Positions 53,061 through 64,000 of a stretch of DNA of 64,000 nt are shown piece after piece (within the stretch, counting starts at the first letter, position 1; the number at the start of each line of letters is the position of its first letter). The position numbers and the translations under genes were made by a program. The notes under the pieces were generated by a model. That model was not told the DNA's origin and did not search any database. It saw nothing but the letters and a program-made list of their open reading frames with translations. This stretch comes from Camelus ferus (Eukaryota), in the NCBI RefSeq assembly GCF_009834535.1, contig NC_045707.1, forward strand, positions 56,856,001 through 56,920,000, written 5' to 3'.

Positions 53061-53136
53061 TGCTGGCTATCACTGTCGCTCTGGATACAGATCAGACGTG
53101 CTGGCCATCACTATAGTTCTAGATACAGATCAGACC
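53061..53136. repeat. 38-bp tandem duplication (2 copies, 32/38 identical)
   Basis: tgctggctatcactgtcgctctggatacagatcagacg / tgctggccatcactatagttctagatacagatcagacc. Confidence 0.9.
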
Positions 53137-54129
53137 AACCTGCTTAGAAAGCAAGAGCTCAACAAATACACTAAATAAAAACTGTCCTGGGGAAAACACT
53201 TGGCGAAAGGGAATAGAATGCCAGACCCTGGCTTTTTGATTAATTGCCAAGATTTTCAATTTCTTTACAAAGATGCAGTGTAACAGCTACCCTACCATAC
53301 TTTCAACACATTCAGGTGTATTTTCTTTATAGCATTTTAATAGTTTGGCTCTTTCTTCTCTTTCCTTTCCATAGTCAACCTGCTTCTGAGCCTCAAAATT
53401 TTATGAGAAAGAGGATTCTAGTCTGATAAGACTTCTAAATACTTGAGAAATACCTAATTTATATGTAATTAGTTTATAATTAATTATGAGACTGCATATA
53501 AAAGAATCTCACAACAAATGATAATAATCTGCCTCCAGAACTTCACTATCTTTAATAGTCTTATTTTAAATATAGTATGATTTTGCTCAAATTACCTTCT
53601 TGTATCTTTTTCATAAACTGTAACAATCCAAAAGATTTTCTTTTCGATGAATTTTAAACCAAGCATTACTTAGCAGTTTACCCCACTTTTCTGTACACTG
53701 TAGATTCTGCTTTAAATAACTTTTTTGTGTTTATGCATAAGCATTTGCGTGACTAGACTTTGACATCAATTTTTTAAATGTAAGATTTATAAATAGGAAA
53801 AAATTAACAAACTACTCAGCTTACCAGGGATCAAGGAAAATTAATTTCTGTACAAAGATTGTAGATTTTAGTTCATATTTTACCAAAAGATTATCAAAAA
53901 CTACATAAATGACAAAAAGTGTTTGCATCCTTTTTGTTTTATTTTTTTTCAACTAGTAAAGCTTGTTCTTTTTATACAACATCAAAAGAGTAAACAATCC
54001 TATGTATTTGTACTTAGAGCTGCACCAGAAAATTTATCAGAGTCCAGCTATGGAAACCTGTATGCCATGCTACAGCACTTGACCTTTCATATTTATCATG
54101 CAGACAGTGGGAATTTTTTTTTTTTTTTC

Positions 54130-54330
54130 TAACAGTGTGATGAGCAGATCTGAGTTTCAGGGATATTTTGAGAATCCTGAAGGATTGTCTAGACTGTAAA
54201 GATTCTAGAAAGGAAACTAGTTAGAAGGCTGTTCCTATAGTTGTTGCCAGAACTGATCTGGACCAGGCCTGTGGCAGTGGGAAGGAGAGAATGAGAGAAA
54301 AGAACTAATCAGAGAGAAGTGGTCATGGCA
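54130..54330 (-). mobile_element. L2 fragment
   Basis: aggaaactagttagaaggctgtt...ctggaccaggcctgtggcagtggg. Confidence 0.55.
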
Positions 54331-55234
54331 GGTGGGAATATTTAGTCTAGGGAACAAAACTATACACAGAATTTCAAAATAATTGAAGAGCTCTTGTGTG
54401 ATCTCAAAGACAAAGTGAAAATTCTCTTTCTCTCTCTCTTCCTTCCTCCCTCTCTCTCTGCCTTTGTCTTTCTGTCTCTGTCTCTGTCTCTTTTTATTTC
54501 CTCTTTATAGAATTCCTGTAGGCAGATCACTTTTGATAGAGGCTGTGCTTTCTCCTAGAGGAAACTTTCCAAGTAGAGAGAGCAGTATAAATTGTATTAG
54601 GTAATAGACAGTGGCCTAGTTTCACTAGATCTTAGATATTATTGAGAAAATGATGAAAAGTAAATTTAGATTAAATTGAGTTTAGATTCTCAAAGGCTGT
54701 GGCTAAGAAAGAAAGATGGAAAGGTTTGCTTATAATGAGAAAATATCATTTGATCTATTTTCTTAAAATTATAAATCAGTTCAAGGCATGGCTTCCATGA
54801 AAATATGGTATTCCACTGGGAAACAGAGAAGTGTCCCCAAAATGCACATCCTTTTTTTCTGAGAGAAAATGTTCCTTATTATGTAACTTCCTCTCCGTAC
54901 TGGGCCTCAGGTCTCTTCCTCTTCAAAGACACATTAATGTCTCTAACTCTGTGCATCCTTGACAAAGTTTCTTGTTCTTTGATCTATCTTAGCAGCCAGT
55001 TGGCAATAGCAATATTAGAAGCACTAAATATACTTAAGAGCCAGTCTTCATCTTGGAAATAATACTGCTTTTAGCATATTCTTTTAAAATTTTCATTTAA
55101 AAATGAAAATACTAATAATAAATGTAAAGATTTAGTAAAATAATATATTAGCTTCTATAAAGTGGCTAGTGTTATTTAGTAATAATAAGCCATGCCTCAG
55201 ACATTTGCAAAAGCTGATAATGGCTTTTTATGTA

Positions 55235-55880
55235 TGTCTATTTATTCACTCAATCACTAAGTAGATAAATATATTTTGAGAATCTGTTAGGTGCCAGGTA
55301 CTTCTCTAGGCTAACCATAATGTAAAAATGCTCAAAACAGAGAAATGTGCCTGTGTTGTGGAGCTTACGTAGAGTTCAGGGGGACTAGAAAATAAACACA
55401 ACAATTTAAGCAAATATATGGTATGTTAGATAGTAATACATGTCCTGGTTGAAAATAAAGCAACAAAGGGGTGTTGCAAATTCAAGTAAGGTGGCAGAGA
55501 ATGCCTTGACATAAAGGGGACATTTGAATGAAGATTTCACTCATATGAGGGAGAAACTCTGGGAAAAGGCAAAGGGAATATCAAGTGCAAAGACCCGAGG
55601 TGAAAGTGTTCCTGGCATGTTTGAGGAAAAGGGCAATTCTGCTCTAACAGAATGGATTAAGAAAGAATCAGTGATAAAATCAGAGGAGAGGTGCGCAGGT
55701 AGTGTAGGACATTGTAGGCAATAGTGGTGACTTTGGCATTTACTGTAGGTAAGAGGCCATTCAAGGATTGTGCAGGGGGGTGGGTGCTGGTCTGACTTTG
55801 GCGTGAACAGGATCTCCCTGCTACTGTGTTGAAAATAGACTGAAGTAGGGCAACTGCTATTATTGGCAATCATTCTGACC
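55235..55880 (-). mobile_element. L2 (L2a-like) 3' region
   Basis: tttattcactcaa...aggtgccaggtacttctctagg...tggagcttac...cctggcatgtttgagga...ggatctccctgctactgtgttgaaaatagact. Confidence 0.8.
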
Positions 55881-56699
55881 TCTTCCCTGAAGCAGCTTTA
55901 TCTGAATTAATCTGATTATGAGAAGCAGAAGTCAGGAGTATAAGAGTTAAGTCCATGACAAACAGAAACAGCAGTTGAGAAATCAGGCTCAAATTAACAG
56001 ATAAAATTCAGAAAAGCCCACAGTTCAAAGATACGGCTCAGATGGCAGGTCGGGATTTGAACATCATTAGCGCAAATGAATGAATGACCATTTGACACCC
56101 TAAATGCAATTTTTTATAAATAGCATATTAAGTGCTATTTAATATAACATAATACTCAAGTAACACAAAAATCTGATTATGTTAATTTAAATTATTGTTT
56201 TAAAAACAAATAATCTACAGTATTCTTTTAGAAATAGAAATTGAGCAGCTGCTACTGTGCATCAGTGGAGACACGTTGTTACATTGACAAGATGTTGGAT
56301 GCTATTTGCCAAAAGTAGTGTTCGTGTGTAGAATGTGCTCTTTGATTTGGAAGCTTTCCAGTCTGAAATGGCTAGAGATTTGGGTAAAATGTGCAAATGG
56401 ACCCAAAATAAATAAATTCAATGAAAAAAATTCAATGAAATATGCATTTATCATATGTACGCTATATCCTGGAACTGTGCTGGAACTGAAAATGCAAACC
56501 TTTATAAGAAATAATCTTTGCCCACCCTTTTCTGCTATGTTGAGAAAGAACAGCTTGTAAGAATCAACTTTAAACTGTGTGAATATGTGTTCCCTAAAGC
56601 TACCTGTAAATTATATGCCCTGAGGCTGGAACGGAAAGAAAGTAAATGTTAATTCTGTTTGCAGTAACAGGAGAAGAGAAATGAAAAGAAAATCTTGCA

Positions 56700-56870
56700 A
56701 GTATCTATTCTAGGTGCTGTACACACTCACTTGTCCCTTATAACAGCTCTCTGAATTAGGTGTGTGTCCCTCATGTCACACATGAAAGTAAGATTCAGCG
56801 ATGTTAACTATCTTGTGCAGGTTACTTAACTAGCAAAGAGAAGATTTAGGATTTGAACACCGCAGCTAAC
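56700..56870 (-). mobile_element. MIR SINE
   Basis: cacatgaaagtaagattcagcgatgttaactatcttgtgcaggttac...aggatttgaac. Confidence 0.6.
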
Positions 56871-57789
56871 TTCAGGGGGAAAGGAAGTGCATGTTGCTAT
56901 GCACCCAGAGAAGAAGACCTGGAATATTTGTGAGCATCTCTGATGACAGCCACAGCTGGCTCCCTGCTTTGAGGGACTGGTCAGAGCTGTGTTGACTGAA
57001 GTAAGTCAGAGTAGGAGGAGCATGTCCTTAGATTTAATTGTTCCTGATAAGGGCTGGAAATAGCAATGCCGAATATTGGAACTGTAGTGTTCTGGAGAAA
57101 TTATCAAATAGGCACTTAGGCATGGGGAATGATCAGGGACTCAGACACAGACTCTCACATAAAATGAAAACTTTCTAGGAAGTGCTGGACTGCCCATGCC
57201 TCCATTAGTTATGTGATGAGCTGGCCTTCTCATTTTTAACAGGCGGCCCTAAGGCCTTGGGCATAAAGAAATTTGTCCTGCAAATTCAAGGTCTTTGCTG
57301 ACAAATAATTTTAAAGCCAAGAGTAAAGGTCAGAACCTTTGTGTTTAGTTTCTTATTCGGCTACACTCCTACAAATAATTCTTATTGTTGAATGTGACAC
57401 AGGGAGCCATCAGAAACAGAAAAATATTTTTCTTTGTACTGTGGGATTCCATGATCTATAACTACTCACTGGTTTTAGAGCAAGACTAGTGATGTGAAAG
57501 GGGAGGCACTAAACTCTTTGAGGGAGATAAACAAAAACCTCAGACCTCTAACAGGGTCCAATCTATATACAATTGAATAGGATTGAATAAGAACTTTGTG
57601 AAATACTTGTGTGTTGTGGATGTTATTTTTTATATCATCTTAACCTTTCAAAAGGTATCAGAGCCACAGAAATAGCCATTACCAATTATCTCAGAGTGAT
57701 TATTGGCGCTCCCACCCTCCAGGAGAATGGGATCAGGATTGGATTTGATTGGTAATATCAGGAAGATGTATGCCTTTTAACCATGGGCT

Positions 57790-58000
57790 CAGAGAGTGTG
57801 CACGGTTTATACCTCCAGATAAGAGAGGGAGAAAACTTTAGTTTTTACTCCTTACTCTCTGGCTAACTTAGAAGAATTATTTAAATCCTACTCAACTATA
57901 CTCTCCTCATCTGTAAAACAGATAAAATAACATTCACTTCATAGTATCTCAGATTTAAATGGGATCTGAGGGAAAGTGCTGAGCATGGTACATATATGGT
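57790..58000 (+). mobile_element. MIR SINE
   Basis: ctcctcatctgtaaaacagataaaataaca...ttaaatgggatc...aaagtgctgagcatggtac. Confidence 0.65.
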
Positions 58001-58606
58001 GACTCGCCTCCTTTTTTCCCCTCTCCCTGCTCCTCAACAATACAATTACTATTACCTGAACCTCTACCTCCAAGGTGAGAATTAACTCAGGAAAGAGTGT
58101 GGACTCCCCTGGGGCTGCTTTCGACTGTGCCTCTCTGCTCCAATGTAGATTAAAAGAGAGGAGAGAGAGAAAATGAAAAAGAGAATGAAAGTTAATGGCC
58201 CATTTTTGAAGTTATCAGCAATTTTCTTAGTTGGAGCAACAACAAAAAGTAACAGGGACTTCCTTTTGTTGTCATAGTTGTTGACAATAGAAGGTGGAGA
58301 GCAGGCATGGAATGGTGTGCCCTTCGAAGAGGCATGACAGAGGCATGGCACAGAGACAGGATGTGTGTCCTGGCAGGGAGAATGTTCCATGAGTCCACTG
58401 CAGGGGTGGCAGAGCCTGCAAAGATTAATGTGGGAGATGCACTGGAGTTCTTGTAGCACCCTACCTGCTAACTTATAGTATTGGCTTATGTCCAGGAGGC
58501 CAAAAATGCCAGCAGAGAAAGAGTATCATAATAATTTCATTCTCCCATTGCTTGATGCACAGTGATTTTTTTCCCAAGAGGAAACATGCATTTTTAAATC
58601 TCTATA

Positions 58607-59060
58607 ACTGTACCCCCTAAGAGGATGCAATGAGAGAGGCACATCATCTCAGTATTTACAAAAAATTCATACCTTCCATGTAATCATGAGAAAATATCAG
58701 ATAAACCCAAACTGAGGGTCATTCTACAGAACATATGACCAGTATTTTCAGAAATATCAAGTTCATGAAAGACACAGAAAGACTGAGAAGCTGTCACAGG
58801 TTAGAGGAACCTACGAAGACGTAATTACTAATTACAACATAGTATCTTGGATTGGATCATGGGACTGACTAAGAATGTTCGTGGAGAAACTTAGGAAATC
58901 TGAATAGTTTAGTTAACAGTTTTGTACCAACGTTAATTTCTAAGCTTTGGTAAATGATCCATGGTTATGTAAGATGTTAACAGTAGGTGAAACTGGGTAA
59001 AGGATATATGGCAACTATCATCCCTATCTTGGTAACTCTTCTGTAAATTTAAAATTATTT
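58607..59060 (+). mobile_element. L1MC-type 3' UTR end
   Basis: taatcatgagaaaatatcagataaacccaaactgagggtcattctaca...catgaaagacacagaaagactgag...caacgttaatttc...aactcttctgtaaatttaaaattattt. Confidence 0.8.
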
Positions 59061-59061
59061 A

Positions 59062-59572
59062 ACATGGAAAACAACCTAAATGTATATATACAATGGAATA
59101 CTACTCAGCCATGAAAATAATAAAATAATGACATTTGCTGCAACATAGATGGACCTGGAGATTGTCATTCTAAGTGAAGTAAGCCAGAAAGAGAAAGAAT
59201 GCCATATGATATCACTTATATGTGGAATAAAAAAAGGATTCAAATAAACGTATTTACAGAACAGAAACAGACTCACAGACATAGAAAACAAACTTGTGGT
59301 TACCAAGGAGGGGAGAAGACGGGAAGGGATAAATTGGGAGTTTGAGATTTGCAGATACTACAATAGATATTAAAATAGATAAACAACAGATTTCTACTGT
59401 ATAGCACGGGGAACTATATTCAGTATCTTGTAGTAACCTATAATGAAAAAGAATATGAAAACAAATATATGTATATATATATATATCACTGAAACATTAT
59501 GCTGTTTAACAGAAATTGACTCATTGCAAACTGACTATACGTCAATAAATTTTTTTTTAATTAAAAAAAAAA
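59062..59572 (+). mobile_element. Young cetartiodactyl-type L1 3' end (ORF2 tail plus 3' UTR and A-tail)
   Basis: acaatggaatactactcagccat...atggacctggagattgtcattctaagtgaagtaagccaga...ctgtatagcacggggaactatattc...aataaa. Confidence 0.92.
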
Positions 59573-59609
59573 CTAGACAAAAACACTACCAAAACGAAAA
59601 CAAAAAACA

Positions 59610-59927
59610 AGAGGAGTGAAATCATCAAAGCCAAGAGGAGCCTAAGGAGACATAATCACTAAATGTAGTGTGATATCCAGGAAAAAGAAAAGGAGAAAAA
59701 AAAATCTGTGAGAAACTAAAGGGAAAACCTAGGAAATCAGAATAAAGTTTGAACTTTCTTTAATAATAGTGTATCAATATTAGTTCATTAATCATAACCA
59801 ATGTACCATACTAACGTAAAATGTTGATAATAGGAGAACTAGGTTCTGGGTATATGGGAACTCTCTCTACTATCTTCAATTTTCTGTGAATCTAAAACTG
59901 TTCTAAAAATTTAACTGTTCTAAAAAT
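59610..59927 (+). mobile_element. L1MC/MD-type 3' UTR end
   Basis: agaggagcctaaggagacat...gtatcaatattagttcattaat...gggtatatgggaactctct...tctgtgaatctaaaactgttctaaaa. Confidence 0.8.
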
Positions 59928-61182
59928 ATGTATATATATACACATACAGAATACAAATGTATATAAGGAAAAAATATTTACATGTAGAAAAAATATTTCA
60001 AACCACATTTAAATAAGCTCTATGGCACATACCACAGTGTGATCTCTCCAGTCAAGCCAACTTTATGTGAATTTGTGAGAAAAGCAGCTATTGAGTTTTT
60101 GTTTATATTAGCAGTATTTGGGATACTGTGCCTACTCCTCAAAACCAATTTTGCTAAAGAGCCTGGGAAAGGAAAAATTATGGAAAACTTCCCATGTTTT
60201 CCCATGGGCACTGCCCATGAAATGTAAAGGAAACTAGGACTAGAACTTGAGGGAGATATGGGGACTTGTTTAGATGCAGGACCATCATGACCATCATGAG
60301 GGCAGAGAGGAGGCCCTTTTATAGTTCATCCCTATTACGTTTTCTTATATAACCCATATGCCAAAAACATACAGGGCAACCTGTATTCCAATAAAAAGAA
60401 AATTAACATAAGATTAATTTACCGATCTTCTTGGGAAGAAAGATATTAAGTCACAAGTCTCATCGAGGAATTCAAAGGTACGCCTTTATTTTAATCCTCA
60501 ACTTTCAATATTGTTGAGCCAAAAATAATCATGAAATGACCTGAAACTGTGGCCTCGGTGCAATGGCTTCTGTTTTCATTTTCATTAATCACAAAGAACA
60601 ATCTCTAAGAGGATTATTTCTGTAGTCACAACTGTCATTGGTGAATACAGCATTTGGTTGTCTCTAGGGAAGTGGGACTTCTGCCAAACAGCTCATAGAC
60701 ATGAGTAACTAAACACGGGTTAGAACATATATTTTGACCTTTATTATTTGGGACTGTTAATTGTGACAGATTTTTGTTACTGATTGTTGAATTTTTAAAA
60801 ACAATTGGTAACCTCACTCTCCAGGGAGATGGTGCTTCAGTAGGGCTAAAGCCATTTAAAAGTCTATTAAGTCAGCTCTATTTGCTCTGAGGCATGCCGT
60901 ATAGTCAAGAGGGGTAGGCTGTGGTGCTTTACATAACATACCCACCTTCTCAGATTTATTTTTGTGCCTCAAAGCTGTCTCCTTTTCTCTAGTACTAAAC
61001 CATCCCTCTAGTCTTACTCATATAAACATAATATCATCAACATCCCATGATACATACATACTTGACACATCCCTTCTGTTTCATTTCTGTATGTTGAATT
61101 ATCCCATACTATCCCAGAGGGTTAGATGCTAAAAACACTGAACTCTGATCTTGTATATTAAAGCTGACAAAGTGTGTGGAGT

Positions 61183-61510
61183 CAAAGTTTATTATTATCC
61201 ATTTTTTCCCCTTCACCTAGATTTATGATTATTTTGCACATTTGTTTCATCTCTTTCTTTGACTTTTTATCTGAAATATTAGAAAGTAAGTGGAAAGTAA
61301 CATGATACTTCACCCCTGAAGGCTTAGCATGTCTTTCTCCTGTTGTAACCGTGATACTATTATCACACAAGGAAATTCACATGATACAATGGAATTACAA
61401 AACAAACAATCTATATTTGTTTCTTCTCCAGTTCTCCCAAAACATTCTTATTCTTTGTAGTTTTTTATTCAGTCCAGAATTTAATCAAGGATCACACCCT
61501 GATCCATGAT
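61183..61510 (-). mobile_element. Degenerate L1ME-type fragment
   Basis: ttttgcacatttgttt...gaaagtaagtggaaagtaacatgatacttcacccctgaa...tccagaatttaatcaaggatcacac. Confidence 0.5.
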
Positions 61511-61615
61511 TGGATATTCCACAAACAACCTTTCCTAAAATTAATTTGCTTATTGAAGAATCAAGCTGATTCTCTTTTCTCATATCCCATTTCACAAATA
61601 CCTATCTTCCTCTAT

Positions 61616-61681
61616 ATAAAAGAAAGAAAGAAAAAAGGAGAAAGGAAGGAACGAAGGAAGGAAGGGAGGGAGGGAGAGAGG
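61616..61681. repeat. Polypurine low-complexity tract (GAAA/GGAA/GGGA)
   Basis: aaagaaagaaagaaaaaaggagaaaggaaggaacgaaggaaggaagggagggagggagagagg. Confidence 0.85.
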
Positions 61682-62389
61682 CAAAGCATCACTTTCATCC
61701 ACCCCAGATTTTTCATGGTACATTTCCCTAAATTATAAAAACTCCTGGGGCATTAAACAATAAGACAATACATAGATTCAAGTAAAATTTACTTCCTATA
61801 TTTTATAATTAAACATTGTATTATTTACATATTGCTTTTCTTTGAATAGGAATTTAACTAATAATAATTAGTCAATAATTTCTACTGAAAATAACGACTA
61901 ATAATTTTGACTAATAACAATTTATGAGAGTTCAAACTAGAATAAAGATTTAAAAATTGGAGCCTTATTACGCATTTTTAATTCAATTTCTTTAAATATC
62001 TTTATTGCAGACAGTTATGTTAGGTGATCAATAAGTGATTTTAAGCTTAAAAATATATTTCATGTGGTGAGAAATAAAATGGAAATACAATTTAGGAAGA
62101 AGAAAAATGCAAAATTTCTGTCTTAGGGAAGAATTTGTGTTTTTTGTTGTTTTGTGGATAATGGTGATATAAAATTGCAAAGGTGTTATGATTCAATTTG
62201 ATGTATTTAAAAGAATGATGTAACAGTGTTATTTTAATGTGCCAAAAATTATGATTTATCAGAAACTGCATAATTTGCTTTCAATTTAACATAGAGTAAC
62301 AAATTTTATGTCACTTTAAAGATGTGCGAGGATGTATATTCTCTAAATTTCTTTTAGGGGATAATTGAACAAGTATATTTGAAGACCTG

Positions 62390-63050
62390 TGTCAAACAAC
62401 ATTTTCACACCTCCACTTTATCTCAAATTTGCAACATCACCTTTCCCATTCTCATCCTGAGTTGTTGACTCTGCTTCATACTCTGAGAAAATAGAAGTTC
62501 CCGTCAACACATCTCCCCACCTACTTGCATCTCATGCCTCTGTGTTCTTTCTTCCCTATTGTTACCTTGGAAAAACCCACCTTACTCCTGGCAAAGGCCA
62601 GTCCCTTCCTCAGCTCCCTCTTGCATACTCAGCGAGAGTTCCTGTAATCTTCTTCCTTCTCTCTCCTTGTCTTTTCCAGCAACATTCAAAATTCTGTTAT
62701 TTTTCCAAAACTAATTGAAATATTTTTACAAATCTTCTTGACTCCACTTGTTCCTTTAGTTTTACTCCCCACCCCAGTCTCTCTCATTTCATTTATAGCA
62801 AAATGTCTCAGAATATTGTGAATGTTCATTGTCCCCAATTTCTTCTAATTCTCTCAGGCTCTTGCTCCCATCTTTCCAGTAAAGCCAATAATATCAAAAA
62901 CATCGTTACTCTCTGTTCCCAAATTGAGTAATAAATTTTTAGTCTTCAGAGTTATTTGGTAGAGTTGATTACTCTCTCCTTGAAACATCTTCCAGCCTTC
63001 CAGTAATAACATTTCTATGTCTTTTTCTCCTCTGTTTCTGGCCACTCTCT
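62390..63050 (+). mobile_element. L2 internal (ORF2-region) fragment
   Basis: tgcttcatactctgagaaaatagaag, aaggccagtccctt, tttatagcaaaatgtctcaga, ctccttgaaacatcttc. Confidence 0.6.
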
Positions 63051-63148
63051 CGTCATTTCTTTTATGTGTGTGTGTGTTGGTAGTAACTTTAGTGAAATCC
63101 CCTGTTATGATAGAGTAGGGAGGTACAGTACATGATCTTTAAGAGCCA

Positions 63149-63732
63149 GTCTTGCAAAAAGACATGTATGTCACCTTTTCACTGCAGCATTATTTACAAT
63201 AGTTGAGATATGGAAATAGCTTAAGTGTCTATTGATGGATGAATGGATAAAGAAAAGATGGTATACATGTACAATGAAATATTATTTGGCTATAAGAAAG
63301 AAGGAAATCTTGTCATTTGTCACAACATAAATAGACCTTGAGGGCATTATGCTAAGTGAAATTAAATCAGACAGAGAAGACAAGTAATGTATGATCTCAC
63401 TTATAGGTAGAATCTTAAAAAAAAAAAAGTGCTTATAGATACAGGGAACAGACTGGTGGTTGCCAGAGACAGGGTAAGTAGTAGGTGAAATGGGTGAAGG
63501 GGGTAAAAAGTACAAACTTCCAGTTATAAAAGAAATAAGTCATGGGGATGTAACATACAGCATGGTGAAAACAGTTAATATCACTGTATTGCATATTTGA
63601 AAGTTGCTAAGACAGTAGACTAGACTAGACTTACTGTGATTATTTCACAATATATACAAATACCGAATCATTACATTGTACACCTGAAACTAATATAATG
63701 TTATATGTTAATTATACATTAATTTTTAAAAA
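63149..63732 (+). mobile_element. L1MA9-like (laurasiatherian) L1 3' end
   Basis: cactgcagcattatttacaatag...gatgaatggataaagaaa...gagggcattatgctaagtgaaat...aaacttccagttataa...ttgtacacctgaaactaatataatgttatatg. Confidence 0.9.
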
Positions 63733-64000
63733 TCCTGAAATGTCAAAATGTCAGATGATGAGAATTGTTAGTAGTGGTGGTGGTGGGAGGAAACAGATGA
63801 CAAAGTAGTGCATTTTACTCATTTACTAGTAAAAACTGGAGTGGATTCTGGCTTCAATATGACCATACCCTCTGTATCTGACAGATGTTTCACATTTGTC
63901 TGATCCCATTCTCCAAATGCAAATATTTTGAAAACCTGGAATAATAAAATAACAAAAAAAGACACCGAGAGATAAATTATCAAAATTCTCTAATCTATTT

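Noticed and set aside
59076..59306. Minus-strand ORFs here and at 25286-25471 and 63282-63515
   Set aside because: Antisense readings of L1 3' ends.
1..64000. CRISPR array, operon, tRNA/rRNA/snRNA genes, CpG-island promoter
   Set aside because: Eukaryotic repeat-rich DNA; no regularly spaced repeat-spacer array, no recognisable structural RNA and no CpG island seen.

Overview
AT-rich, CpG-poor mammalian genomic DNA with no CpG island and no protein-coding or RNA gene that I can recognise. It reads as intergenic DNA or the interior of a large intron. Much of it is transposable-element debris: ancient MIR and L2 fragments, old L1M (MB/MC/MD/ME-type) 3' ends, MaLR/ERVL solo LTRs, hAT-Charlie (MER20, MER5A) and TcMar-Tigger MITEs, plus several younger 5'-truncated L1 copies. 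The young L1 3' UTRs are of cetartiodactyl type, and I see no Alu, B1/B2, Bov-A/BovB, PRE-1 or Can-SINE, so a camelid source is plausible (recalled similarity, not verified). The longer ORFs in the supplied track are repeat-derived or unrecognisable. Subfamily names and most repeat boundaries are approximate, by-eye calls. I did not find a convincing new biological system. The best leads are a candidate single-pass membrane smORF (19449-19673), several well-bounded candidate micro-exons, and local insertion/duplication scars.
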